Part shown: piece by piece, positions 46,095-56,255 of the stretch | How the letters are laid out: each line of letters starts with the position of its first letter | How positions within the stretch are numbered: position 1 is the stretch's first letter | Assembly: GCA_031411295.1 (NCBI GenBank) | Contig: JANOAV010000105.1 | Coordinates: forward strand, 1-64,000 | Length of the DNA stretch: 64,000 nucleotides | From: Verrucomicrobiales bacterium | GTDB taxonomy: Bacteria > Verrucomicrobiota > Verrucomicrobiia > Verrucomicrobiales > V1-33 | Reading direction: 5' to 3' | The notes under the pieces: model-generated | The model's input: the letters and a program-made list of their open reading frames with translations, nothing else | Databases searched by the model: none | Told to the model about the DNA's origin: nothing | Program-made: the position numbers and the translations under genes

Positions 46095-46538
46095 ATGAAA
46101 TTCTTCTATTGGTCCTTAATTTCCTGTCTCCTGCTGAGTTGGTTGCCCCGTCGGGCCCGCGCGCAGACGGAATCAGGGGATACATTGTGCGAGGCCTATC
46201 TGGCCAGGATCAATCACCGCGACCACTATAGTGCGAGCGGAGTCCGATTGAGTGGAGTCGCTGACATTGTGCTCCAGGATCGCCTCAACTACCTGCGCGG
46301 TGGCATCAGGGACGCTGAGGATCAGGCGGACGGACGATCCACTGGGGCTGGGTATCGCAGCAGTGAGGAATCATTGCTGGGCAGGCGGTCGATCGATGCG
46401 ACAACGGCTGCCGTAATGGTTGAGTCCACTCCCTTGGTCTGCGTCAAAATATCCAAATCCCAGCAAAGCGAGGAGCTGTATCTGGCGACTGATCTTGTTC
46501 CGATGACTCGGGCTGGAGGGAGCTACGCTAGACACTAG
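46095..46538 (+). CDS. Hypothetical secreted protein
   Basis: Signal-like N-terminus; YLARI..RDHYSASGVRL...IVLQDRLNY...IRDAEDQAD core looks like a conserved small family. Confidence 0.6.
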   Translation: MKFFYWSLISCLLLSWLPRRARAQTESGDTLCEAYLARINHRDHYSASGVRLSGVADIVLQDRLNYLRGGIRDAEDQADGRSTGAGYRSSEESLLGRRSIDATTAAVMVESTPLVCVKISKSQQSEELYLATDLVPMTRAGGSYARH

Positions 46539-46550
46539 GAGGACACCTCC

Positions 46551-47573
46551 CTAGCTGCGCTTCCTTCGATACCCCCAGTAACCCAAGAGGACAATGCAGG
46601 CGGCAGCAACGGCAGTCAGGGACTGGAGCTTATGTTTACCCCACACCATTCTTGGCGGGTAGGCACTGGCAAGGTGGCTGCCTGGTGCAATAATACTGCG
46701 GATTAGTGCGGCTTGGGGCGCGATCCGGGTAGCCCCGCACCACATGGGGGAGGGGTGTTCCTGGAGCGCCCCGACCTCGCGAAACGTCTCGCCTAGCACA
46801 CCCCGCCACATCTGGCGTCCGTCGTGAATGGCGGCCCAGAATGAGTCAGTGCCTGATGCGGTAAAGGAATATTGCGTTTCCTTCCCTCCCACCGAGGGGT
46901 CAACGTCGAAATGAATTCCTGCCAAGCGCCAGTTGCCGGCTTGATCCTGCAGGAGCAGTCCGCCCCCGCTGTCACCGGATGCCAGCGTGCCTTCGTCCAG
47001 TCCCGCAGCTTGATCCCAGGACCACACGAGGAGTGATCCGAGGTCTTCGCCTGCCGCAAAATATTCTTCGACTTGATTCGTGCCCCAACTGAGTTTCCCA
47101 TCAGATTCGCCCCACCTCCATCCGGGCTTGGTTCCGTTAGGTAGCAAAATTTCCTGTCCACGGGCAGCTCCACGGCCCATCAGAAAGCAGGGTTGTTTCA
47201 ACTCCGAGCCACTACTCTCATCCCACAGTTCCATCCATTGGGGAAACTCCCCCTCCACGCGGAACAGCACCAAGTCTGTCCCCGGAATGCCGGCCGATTC
47301 CACCGCCGCATAGCTTTTGCCATTCAAATCAAAGAAGCTGCCAACATTCACTCCCAGGTGCAATGCGGTGATAAACCAGTGGGGGCTGATGCAGACCCCG
47401 GTGCCCCCTTGCCAATGACCATGACTGGCCCAAGCCTTCTGCAACGTGGGATCCGCCGGAGTGCCAAAATTCCTGCCCTCTTCTCGAAACACGATGATCG
47501 CCCGGGCATCGCCCAGGAGGGCGAGGGCGAGCAAGCCAAGGGCAAGGCGGCTTAAATGAAGTCGCAGTAGCAT
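46551..47573 (-). CDS. Exported trypsin-like (S1/PA clan) serine protease with C-terminal membrane anchor
   Basis: Signal peptide; TALHLG (His), TDLVLF (Asp), GDSGGG (Ser); C-terminal hydrophobic helix + RRKRS; TAATG overlap with the upstream PKS-NRPS. Confidence 0.82.
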   Translation of the reverse strand: MLLRLHLSRLALGLLALALLGDARAIIVFREEGRNFGTPADPTLQKAWASHGHWQGGTGVCISPHWFITALHLGVNVGSFFDLNGKSYAAVESAGIPGTDLVLFRVEGEFPQWMELWDESSGSELKQPCFLMGRGAARGQEILLPNGTKPGWRWGESDGKLSWGTNQVEEYFAAGEDLGSLLVWSWDQAAGLDEGTLASGDSGGGLLLQDQAGNWRLAGIHFDVDPSVGGKETQYSFTASGTDSFWAAIHDGRQMWRGVLGETFREVGALQEHPSPMWCGATRIAPQAALIRSIIAPGSHLASAYPPRMVWGKHKLQSLTAVAAACIVLLGYWGYRRKRS

Positions 47574-50500
47574 TAGGTAAGCATCGGGCTGGGGGTGAGC
47601 TTGGCGAGGTGGCGACGCAGCTTGTCTGCCATCTGACTAACATTTGGCTCATCGAAAATCTCCAAATGATTACCCGGGACGCGATCTATGATGAGCCGAT
47701 CCACCAAACTGGTCCAGCCATAATCCTCGCTGAGGTCAAACTTATCGCTGACTTCACTGCTGCGGAAGAGCAGCATCGTGGTGGCCAGCGGTGCCGCTCG
47801 ATAGCCCTCGGCCGCCTGGATATTGGCTTCCCGAATCTGCACATAACGCAGACGTTCTTCCTCCGCCCTGACCCCTTGCTTGAGCAAACGCCGCGCAGAA
47901 GCAGTCTCGGCGTCGGTGCGGAACCGCTGAATCAAGCCGGAACTAAAACGGCCTCCGAGTTGCAATAACTTGCCCGCCACATTGTGGGATTGACTCGTGC
48001 GCCAATTCACGCTGATGCGCTCACCGAGCGTGTATTCGCGAGCCGGCACATTGGGGTTTTCCGTATCAAACATCACTAGTAAGGGAACCTCCTCACCAGC
48101 CGCCAACAGTTGCTGCGCCATTTCATAGGCCACTAAACCGCCATAACTGTAGCCGCCGAGCACGTAGGGGCCGCGGCGTTGGGCCAGTCTGATTAAGGCC
48201 ACATACTCTGCCGCGACCGCCGGAATCGGGATCGATTCGATGGGCAGCGATTCATCGATCAAGGCGGGCGATTCCACAGTGTAGAGTTGCCGCTCCGTCC
48301 CGAAGCGCGAAAGCAACCCCTTGTAAAACAGCGCTCCGCCATCTCCGCCATGAATTCCGAAGAACGCCAGTTCATCCCCCGTTGGTTGAATACAGGTTAG
48401 GGGGGAGACCTTGCCGCGGGTGGCATTGGCCGTCGTTTCGATCACCGTGGCCAATTTCTCCAAGGTGGGGGCGCGGAACAAGGTGCCCAGCGGGAGGGCG
48501 ACGCGGAAGTCAGTCCGGATACGAGTGAACAAACGCAGGCCGTGGAGCGAGGTGCCGCCGATTTCGAAGAAATTATCGTCGCTGCTTACGGCGGTGAGCC
48601 GAAGGATGTCCTGCCAAATTAACGCCAGTCGTTGCTCGAAATCCGTGCGCGGAGCCACATAGGCTCGTGCCCGGTCGGTGGGAGGCACAACCATGTCAGG
48701 TTGTGGGGCGGAGAGTGCTTGGCGGTTCAGTTTGCCGTTTTCGGTGAGCGGGAAACTCTCCATGCAGACGTAAGCAGAGGGGACCATGTAGTCCGGCAGT
48801 TTCGCTTGCAGGTGCTTGCGGAGGGCTTCGCTGGTGGGGAGATCTTTGTCATACACCACAAACGCGGCCAGATACGTTTCGCCATCCGCATTCTGCTGGG
48901 GCAGAACGGCGGCATCGCGCACGTCCGGATGGGTTAAGAGCACGGATTCGATTTCCCCTAGCTCAATGCGGTAGCCCCGCAGTTTGACCTGCTGATCCGC
49001 CCGCCCCAGATACTCCAACTCGCGCCCTGGACGGAAACGTGCCAGATCTCCCGTGCGATACAATTTCGCTCCGGGCCGACCAGTCAAATGATCAGGCACG
49101 AAGCGCTCCGCCGTAAGTTCTGGGCGGTTTAGATAGCCTTGAGCCAGACCATCGCCACCAACATACATTTCCCCCACGCAACCAAATGGCACCGGTTCAC
49201 CTGCTGTGTCCAAGAGATATATTTGCAGATCAGGAATGGGCACCCCGATCATGCTCCCGCCTTTCATATCTGCTGTAGTTAGTGGACGATAGGTCACATG
49301 CACGGTAGTTTCAGTAATGCCATACATGTTGACCAACTGCGGTGATTGATCTCCATGGCGGGCGAACCAGGGCTGCAAGGCCGCCATTTCCAGCGCCTCA
49401 CCACCGAAGATGACGTAGCGCAGACTAAGCGCCGGAGCCTGCGACAAGGTTGCTTCTGCCGCCATCAGTTGTTTGAAGGCACTCGGCGTTTGATTCAGCA
49501 CGGTGACCTTTTCTGTCGCCAGCAATTCATAAAATTCATCAGGGGAGCGGGCCAAATTAAACGGCACGACGACCAAGCGACCGCCATACAGCAGCGCACC
49601 CCAGATTTCCCAGACGCTAAAGTCAAAGGCTGCGCTGTGGAAGAGGGTCCAAACGTCACGGGCGTTGAAGTTGAACCACGCCTCCGTGCTCTGCATTAAG
49701 CGCGTCACGTTCCGATGAGTGATCCGGCAGCCCTTCGGCTGGCCGGTCGATCCACTGGTGTAAATCACATACGCGATGTCATCCGGAATGATGCTGGTTA
49801 GAGGATTTGTGGTCGGGAAATCTGTTAGCGCGTCATCGATGAACAACGTGCGTCCAGCGTGTTCGGGCAGTTGTTTCAGCAGACTGCGCTGCGCCACTAG
49901 CACCGGGGCGGCAGCGTCTTCCAGCAGGAAGGCCAGACGCGCGGCAGGGTAGCTCAGATCCATGGGGACATAGGCGGCTCCCGCTTTCAAGATCCCCAGA
50001 ATGGCCACCACTAAAGGATTGGCGCGCTCCAGGCACAGCCCCACCAGCATGCCGGGGCGCACCCCGGCCTCAATCAAGGCGTGGGCCAGTTGGTTGGCGC
50101 GGGCGTTCACTTCACCATAGGTCAGGTTTTGCGTGCCGCAGGTCAGCGCCAAGGCCTGTGGATGCTGCTGGGCTTGTTGTTCGAACCAAGCATGCAGACA
50201 GAGATCTCCTCCAGCCTTGCGGCCATGAGCGTTGAAGCCGTGGATCAGTTCGCTGCGTTGCCCGGTGGTGAGCATGGGAAGCCGGGATATTTCCATTTCT
50301 GGATGGGCGCAGAGTGACTGTAACAAACGTTGATAGTGCAGCATCCATTGCTGGATTGTCTCCTCGCGGAATAGTTCGGAGCGCGCAGCACATAACAGTC
50401 GCAGATCCTCTGCCCCCTGATAAGCATAGAGGGTCAGCGGGAAGTTGGACCGCAACTTGGGATTCAATATCGTCGTGAAGGCCAGTCCGCCTGCTGCGAT

Positions 50501-53500
50501 CGTGTCAGCCCCCATCGATTCCAAACTAAAGGCCGTCGGCACGAACTGCTGGCGCTCCTGGCCGCTGATGCCCTTGAGTTCATTCAGAATTTCTCCTAAC
50601 GTGCAGTCTTGATGGTCCATCGCCTCCATCACTTGTTGCCGGACCTGTTCCAGGAAGCTCAGCGCCTTGGTCGATCCATGGACCTTGGCCCGCAGCGGGA
50701 GAAACTGCACGCAATGCCCCACCAGTCCGGCTTGCCCCGTGGCCGCTTGTCCGGCAAAGGGCACGCCCACCAGAAAATCATCCTGCCCTGTCAGTCGATG
50801 CAGCAAGACTTCCCACGCTCCCAGCATGATTTGAAATACCGTGAGCCGTCGCTCCTTCGCGATGTGTTTGACCTGATCCAACAATCCCGCAGGCAGGGTT
50901 AAGGCCACGGAGAAAGTATCGTAGCCCGGTGCCTTGCGGGTAAAGTCTGTCGGCAGCGCGAGCGGAACTGGAGGGTTGGCCAAGCGCTGCAACCAATAGG
51001 CCTTCGAGGCCGCGCCCTCGCCCGAGGCTCGCTGGATGCGCTCATCAGCGGCATAGGCATCGAAGCGTGGGGCCGGAGTCGCGAATGGCTTCTGCTGCTG
51101 CGTCAATTCATACGCTTGCGGTAACTCTTGGAGGAGCACTCCGAACGACCAGCCATCACAAATGATGTGATGTGCCGTTAGGATTAAATGATGTTTCTGC
51201 TCCCCCAGCTTGATTAAAGCCGCCCGCAACATGGGGCCGTGGTTCAGCGCGAACGGGGTTAGGAAATGTTGCCGCCGCACTTCCTTCAGTTGCAGTTCCT
51301 GTTCTGCGCCACTGAGTTCGCCTAGCTCCAGCAACGGCAGCGGGAGGCGCACATTGGCGGCAATGTGCATCCCTTCCCCGTCTTCATCAAACGATGCTCT
51401 GAGGGCCACGTGGCGTTCCAACAGCATACCCAAAGCCTGATGCAGCGTTTCGGGCTGCAATTCCCCGTTGATCTCCACCGTCACAGATTCATGGCAAGCC
51501 GTGGAGGCTTGCTCGTCGAGCGATGATGCCAGCAGCAATTCCTGCTGCGCTGCGGTCAGCGGGGCATAGGACGGCATGAAAGTGGCCACCACTTCCAAGG
51601 AGGCGGGTTTCGAAGCTGCCGCTGCCATGTCTTGCTGAGTGGGGAGGAATCCTCCCGCTTGCAGTGCGCGCACACTTTCTTTAAAGGCGGCTATCACTTG
51701 CGCGATCTCTTCATCGGTGTGCTGGGTGCAGAGGAAACTGCTGCGCCCCGCCCACACATGGATGCCGCGTAGGCGCAGATGGAGAAATAGCAGTTCCGTG
51801 TATTTCAACTGCGGAGCAAAATTTACAAAATAGTAGCTGCTGAAGTGGGTTAGCCGAATCGGCACTCCAGCATCCTGACAAAAGGTATTGATGTCGCCCA
51901 CGAACTTCGTCGTGCGTTCATTCATCCACGTTTGGAGTTGCGGCCCCTTTTCTTTGAGATGCAGCAACACGGCCTTGGCCGCCGCCAGTGCCAACGGATG
52001 GCGCACAAAGGTGCCGGCAAAAAAAGTGACCCCAACTTCCGGTCCAGAGTCATCCCCATACTGCCACTGACCGCCATCCAGTGCGTCCAGGAATTTCCGC
52101 TTCCCGGCCACCACGCCAATGGGGAAGCCGCCGCCGATAATTTTGCCATAGGTGGCAATGTCTGCTTCAATGCCAAAATAACCCGCGGCCCCCCGGGGAT
52201 GGATGCGGAAGCCGTTCACCACTTCGTCCAAGACTAACGCGATTCCATGTTCTGCGGTAATCGCCCGCAGGGTGTGGAGGAACTCCGCTGGTTGCAGTTC
52301 GGGACGTCGGCTCTGGACCGTTTCCACCAGCACCGCAGCAATTTCATGCGCATGGTCGCGAATGATCTCCAGGGACTCCGGGTTGTCATAATCCAATACC
52401 AAAATGTTCTCTCCCACGGCCTCGGGAATCCCCGGTGCGATGGGGATGGTGTGCAGTTGCTCGCCCTCCATCATCGGTCGCACTAGCACCTCGTCCATGA
52501 TGCCGTGGTAGGCCCCGGCAAACATCACGATCTTATCGCGACCGGTCACGGTGCGGGACGTGCGAATGGCCGCCATCAAGGCTTCGCTGCCGGTATTGCA
52601 GAAGCTCACGCGCTCATGTCCGGTGAATTCGAGAAACAAAGTGGCTACTTCGCCCACCAGCGGATTGGTTGGTCCAATCTCGATTCCCTTCTCCAACTGC
52701 GCCTGCACCGCATCCATCACAAAGGACGCGCGATGGCCGAGGAAGCCAACACCGAAGCCTTGGGTGATGTCGATGTATTCATTGCCATCCACATCCCAAA
52801 TCCGACCGCCCTGAGAGCGATCCACAATCAGCGGATAGACCGCTTCTTTCCACAAATGATTGAATCCAGCGACTGCGCGCGGATCAGCAAAATGGTGGCG
52901 ATGCTCCTGCGTGAAGGCCTTCGAGCCCTTGGTTTTGGCGGTATAGGCCGCCAGTAACTCATCCAAGTGAGCGCGTTGAGTTTCCGTCAGCGATCCATCC
53001 TTGGCCGTTTGCAACGGACGGAACGGTCCGAAGGCAATCCGCTTGTCAGAGTTCACGTTCTGACTCATGGCGCGCACGGAGAACTTCTGCACCGCACCAA
53101 CGCCCGGTGCCAGCAGCTCCCGCCGCAAATCCCCAATCGCTTGTTCGATGATGGCCAGACGATCTCCCGCAGGAGCAGGGACGCTGCTTGGAAGCAATGA
53201 CAGTGGCTGACTTGGGGCTGTTGGTTGGAATTTTTCCGGTGGCAATTGGGCATCGAGATAGTCTGCCAACGATTGCAATGAGCCCAGTTCCTCCGCGATC
53301 TGGCGGAAGGTAATTTTAACGCCGAAATGCTTCCGCAGGAAAATGCTCGCCTGAGTTAGGAACAGGGAGTCGAAACCGAGATCAAAGAATGAAGCTGCCG
53401 CAGGCGCACTGCTGAGATCAATGCCGCTGGCCTTGTGTAACTGGGTTCGCAGTTCGCTTAACAAGTGTTCTGGCCGGGAGATGCTCCCCACAACAAGGAG

Positions 53501-56248
53501 TGGGGGACTCAACGCCGGAGCACTTAAGCCTGCGGTCACGATCCCATTTCCTGGCAAGAGCGCACTCTCACCGACCCGGGTGGTTCCTTCCGGCAACGAG
53601 CGAGCTGCGCAGAAACGTTCACGCTGGAACGGATACCCCGGCAACGTCACGCGCTGACGGATTTCCCCTGCATGCAGCGCGGACCAGTCAATCTCCACGC
53701 CCCCCAGCCACAATCGGCCGAGCGTGCGCATGAGTTCTGCGGACTCACCCGCGCCTGCGGCCTTGGCGGGTGGGAGTGAACTTAGGATTGTGGTGGCGGT
53801 GGCGGCTTGCGGATGTTGTCGCGCCAACGTAGCGAGCGCCTGACCGGGGCCCACTTCAAGGAGCGCTATCGGGCCGTCCCCTAACAGTGAACCGACCCCC
53901 TCGGCAAACCGCACGGTTTCCCGAATATGGCGCAAATAATATCCAGGCGAAGTCGCCTCCTCATCCGTGATGCGTCGGCCGGTCACGTTGGAGAGATACG
54001 GGATCTGTGGTGGATGCAACGTGATGCCATCAAAGGCCCTGCGGAAGCGATCCAGGGCTGGTTCCATCATCGAGGAGTGAAAGGCGTGACTAGTGACCAA
54101 ACGCCGACAACTAATTTCCTCGCGTGCGAAAACAGATTCCATGGCCGTGATCTGATCCAGTGATCCGGACACCACCATCAAGTTAGGACTATTGACCGCC
54201 GCCAGATCCACGCCTGGCAGGAGGAGCGCCCGCACTTTAATTTCGTCTGCCCGCACGCCGAGCATGGCCCCGGGCTCGCATTCCCAGAGACAGCGTCCCC
54301 GTGCCACCATCAGTTTCAGAGCATCCGGCAAACTCATGACCCCTGCCAGACAAGCCGCCACATACTCGCCAGCGCTGTGGCCGATCATGACCGAGGGCTG
54401 AACTCCCCAGGCCATCAGTAGTTTCGCCAAGGCATATTCAGTGACGAACAAGGCGGGTTGGGTGTAGCGTGTCTCTGCCAACTGAAGTTCTGCCGTGGCG
54501 GAATTTTCTGGCGCTGGATTGAGCAGCGTTCTTAAATCAATCTCCAGCAGCGGTTGCAGGATCTCACAGCATTCTTGCAGTGCCTCCCGAAACACCGCCT
54601 CCTCCTTTGCCAAAGCTGCGCCCATGCCAATGTGTTGTGATCCTTGCCCTGCAAAGAGAAATGCCACGGGCAAGCGCCGTTCCCGTTGCACTTGCGTGAA
54701 ATAATCTTTCCCTGCCGCCCCAGTCAGCGCGGTCTTGGCCTCTTCCACCGTGCTGGCAGCCAGAGCCAGACGATGGTTGAAGAGTTGCCGCCCGATTTGC
54801 AAAGTGAGCGCAACATCGGCTAGGTTCGTTTGTCCGGAGAGGTGCTGTGCCAAGTCCTGCCGCATCTGTTCCAGCGCTGGTGCAGTCTTCGCTGACAGCA
54901 CCAAGATTTGAGAACTGCATCCGCTATCGCTCGTGGGAAGTTCCGGAGCTTCCTCCAGCACGACATGCGCATTGGTGCCGCCGACGCCAAAGGAACTAAC
55001 TCCTGCCCGCCGCGGATGGTCCAGACGTTTCCACTCCGTCGTTTTGCGATTAACGTAAAATGGACTATCTTCCAATCCTAACGTCGGATTGGGGGTCGTG
55101 AAATGGAGGCTGGCCGGGATCGTCCGATGATAGAGCGACAACGCCGTTTTGATCAGTCCCGTCACTCCCGCAGCGGCATCCAGATGGCCAAAATTTGATT
55201 TAGCACTGCCGATCGCACAGAAGCCAGTGCGTGTGCAACCACCCGCGCGGAAGGCTTCGGTGAGTCCGGCTATTTCAATGGGATCCCCAATGGGCGTAGC
55301 GGTGCCGTGCGCTTCAATATAGTCAATCGTATCGGGTTCAATCGCGCCTAACGCTTGCGCCAGACTGATGACTTCGGCGTGGCCGCCCACGCTGGGAGCC
55401 GTGAAACTCGATTTCTCCGAGCCATCGTTATTGATCGCTGCGCCCTTGATCACCGCATAAATGCGATCTCCGTCCCGCACCGCGTCCTCGATCCGCTTCA
55501 ATACCACCACGCCCAGTCCATTGCTGAAAATAGTGCCTTGCGCTCTCTCATCAAAGGATCGGCAATGACCATCCGGGGAGACAATGCCTCCTTCTTGATA
55601 AAGATAACCCCGCTCTTGGGGGAACTTGACACTAACGCCCCCCGCTAACGCGACATCACACTGGAAAGTCTGCAAACCACTAACCGCCTGGCAAATCGCC
55701 ACCAGGGAGGTGGCGCAGGCCGTATAGATATTGAGGGCTGGACCGCGGAGATTGAGTTTGTAAGCCACGCGCGTCGCGAGGTAATCCTTTTCATTACCGA
55801 TCATGACCAGTTCCGGGCCGGCTTGTTGGCGGATTTCTGGGTTGAACTCCACCTGGCTTTGGAAATAACTATTGCTGGACATCCCCGCATACACTCCGAT
55901 GCAACTAGTGCTCCGAGCGGGATCGACTGCGGCATCTTCCAGCGCATGATAGCATGCTTCGAGGAATAACCGTTGCTGAGGATCTGTCACCTCCGCCTCC
56001 TTCGGGCTCATGCCGAAGAAGCTGGCATCGAACCATTCGGGTTGATGCAGGATGCCTCGACGCGGGACGTAATCAGGATCGTTCGCCGCTTCCTCAGGGC
56101 TTAGCTCGTCTTTAGCAAGCGTCGTGATGCCTTCTTCGGCCTGCACGAGGCGCTGCCAGAAAGCCTGCAGATCGTCCGCTCCAGGAAATTTACCAGCAAG
56201 GCCAACAATGGCGATGCCTTCGAGTGCAGTGGTAGATGGGTCGTTCAT
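47573..56248 (-). CDS. Hybrid PKS-NRPS: KS-AT-ACP-aminotransferase(III)-C-A(Thr)-PCP-TE
   Basis: KS TACATS / EAHGT / NFGHL; AT GHSAG + HAFH; ACP GFDSL; PLP aminotransferase DEVVNGFR / YGKIIGGG; C HHIICDG; A-domain code DFWNIGMVH(K); PCP GGTSL; TE GYSYG. Start moved to ATG 56248 because the ORF-track start overlaps the upstream gene. Confidence 0.93.
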   Translation of the reverse strand: MNDPSTTALEGIAIVGLAGKFPGADDLQAFWQRLVQAEEGITTLAKDELSPEEAANDPDYVPRRGILHQPEWFDASFFGMSPKEAEVTDPQQRLFLEACYHALEDAAVDPARSTSCIGVYAGMSSNSYFQSQVEFNPEIRQQAGPELVMIGNEKDYLATRVAYKLNLRGPALNIYTACATSLVAICQAVSGLQTFQCDVALAGGVSVKFPQERGYLYQEGGIVSPDGHCRSFDERAQGTIFSNGLGVVVLKRIEDAVRDGDRIYAVIKGAAINNDGSEKSSFTAPSVGGHAEVISLAQALGAIEPDTIDYIEAHGTATPIGDPIEIAGLTEAFRAGGCTRTGFCAIGSAKSNFGHLDAAAGVTGLIKTALSLYHRTIPASLHFTTPNPTLGLEDSPFYVNRKTTEWKRLDHPRRAGVSSFGVGGTNAHVVLEEAPELPTSDSGCSSQILVLSAKTAPALEQMRQDLAQHLSGQTNLADVALTLQIGRQLFNHRLALAASTVEEAKTALTGAAGKDYFTQVQRERRLPVAFLFAGQGSQHIGMGAALAKEEAVFREALQECCEILQPLLEIDLRTLLNPAPENSATAELQLAETRYTQPALFVTEYALAKLLMAWGVQPSVMIGHSAGEYVAACLAGVMSLPDALKLMVARGRCLWECEPGAMLGVRADEIKVRALLLPGVDLAAVNSPNLMVVSGSLDQITAMESVFAREEISCRRLVTSHAFHSSMMEPALDRFRRAFDGITLHPPQIPYLSNVTGRRITDEEATSPGYYLRHIRETVRFAEGVGSLLGDGPIALLEVGPGQALATLARQHPQAATATTILSSLPPAKAAGAGESAELMRTLGRLWLGGVEIDWSALHAGEIRQRVTLPGYPFQRERFCAARSLPEGTTRVGESALLPGNGIVTAGLSAPALSPPLLVVGSISRPEHLLSELRTQLHKASGIDLSSAPAAASFFDLGFDSLFLTQASIFLRKHFGVKITFRQIAEELGSLQSLADYLDAQLPPEKFQPTAPSQPLSLLPSSVPAPAGDRLAIIEQAIGDLRRELLAPGVGAVQKFSVRAMSQNVNSDKRIAFGPFRPLQTAKDGSLTETQRAHLDELLAAYTAKTKGSKAFTQEHRHHFADPRAVAGFNHLWKEAVYPLIVDRSQGGRIWDVDGNEYIDITQGFGVGFLGHRASFVMDAVQAQLEKGIEIGPTNPLVGEVATLFLEFTGHERVSFCNTGSEALMAAIRTSRTVTGRDKIVMFAGAYHGIMDEVLVRPMMEGEQLHTIPIAPGIPEAVGENILVLDYDNPESLEIIRDHAHEIAAVLVETVQSRRPELQPAEFLHTLRAITAEHGIALVLDEVVNGFRIHPRGAAGYFGIEADIATYGKIIGGGFPIGVVAGKRKFLDALDGGQWQYGDDSGPEVGVTFFAGTFVRHPLALAAAKAVLLHLKEKGPQLQTWMNERTTKFVGDINTFCQDAGVPIRLTHFSSYYFVNFAPQLKYTELLFLHLRLRGIHVWAGRSSFLCTQHTDEEIAQVIAAFKESVRALQAGGFLPTQQDMAAAASKPASLEVVATFMPSYAPLTAAQQELLLASSLDEQASTACHESVTVEINGELQPETLHQALGMLLERHVALRASFDEDGEGMHIAANVRLPLPLLELGELSGAEQELQLKEVRRQHFLTPFALNHGPMLRAALIKLGEQKHHLILTAHHIICDGWSFGVLLQELPQAYELTQQQKPFATPAPRFDAYAADERIQRASGEGAASKAYWLQRLANPPVPLALPTDFTRKAPGYDTFSVALTLPAGLLDQVKHIAKERRLTVFQIMLGAWEVLLHRLTGQDDFLVGVPFAGQAATGQAGLVGHCVQFLPLRAKVHGSTKALSFLEQVRQQVMEAMDHQDCTLGEILNELKGISGQERQQFVPTAFSLESMGADTIAAGGLAFTTILNPKLRSNFPLTLYAYQGAEDLRLLCAARSELFREETIQQWMLHYQRLLQSLCAHPEMEISRLPMLTTGQRSELIHGFNAHGRKAGGDLCLHAWFEQQAQQHPQALALTCGTQNLTYGEVNARANQLAHALIEAGVRPGMLVGLCLERANPLVVAILGILKAGAAYVPMDLSYPAARLAFLLEDAAAPVLVAQRSLLKQLPEHAGRTLFIDDALTDFPTTNPLTSIIPDDIAYVIYTSGSTGQPKGCRITHRNVTRLMQSTEAWFNFNARDVWTLFHSAAFDFSVWEIWGALLYGGRLVVVPFNLARSPDEFYELLATEKVTVLNQTPSAFKQLMAAEATLSQAPALSLRYVIFGGEALEMAALQPWFARHGDQSPQLVNMYGITETTVHVTYRPLTTADMKGGSMIGVPIPDLQIYLLDTAGEPVPFGCVGEMYVGGDGLAQGYLNRPELTAERFVPDHLTGRPGAKLYRTGDLARFRPGRELEYLGRADQQVKLRGYRIELGEIESVLLTHPDVRDAAVLPQQNADGETYLAAFVVYDKDLPTSEALRKHLQAKLPDYMVPSAYVCMESFPLTENGKLNRQALSAPQPDMVVPPTDRARAYVAPRTDFEQRLALIWQDILRLTAVSSDDNFFEIGGTSLHGLRLFTRIRTDFRVALPLGTLFRAPTLEKLATVIETTANATRGKVSPLTCIQPTGDELAFFGIHGGDGGALFYKGLLSRFGTERQLYTVESPALIDESLPIESIPIPAVAAEYVALIRLAQRRGPYVLGGYSYGGLVAYEMAQQLLAAGEEVPLLVMFDTENPNVPAREYTLGERISVNWRTSQSHNVAGKLLQLGGRFSSGLIQRFRTDAETASARRLLKQGVRAEEERLRYVQIREANIQAAEGYRAAPLATTMLLFRSSEVSDKFDLSEDYGWTSLVDRLIIDRVPGNHLEIFDEPNVSQMADKLRRHLAKLTPSPMLT

Positions 56249-56255
56249 GGGGAAG

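Noticed and set aside
44590..46538. Methyltransferase and two small secreted genes as tailoring genes of the NRPS-PKS cluster
   Set aside because: They are convergent to the cluster, and the methyltransferase has tRNA/N6-type motifs; no evidence of linkage.
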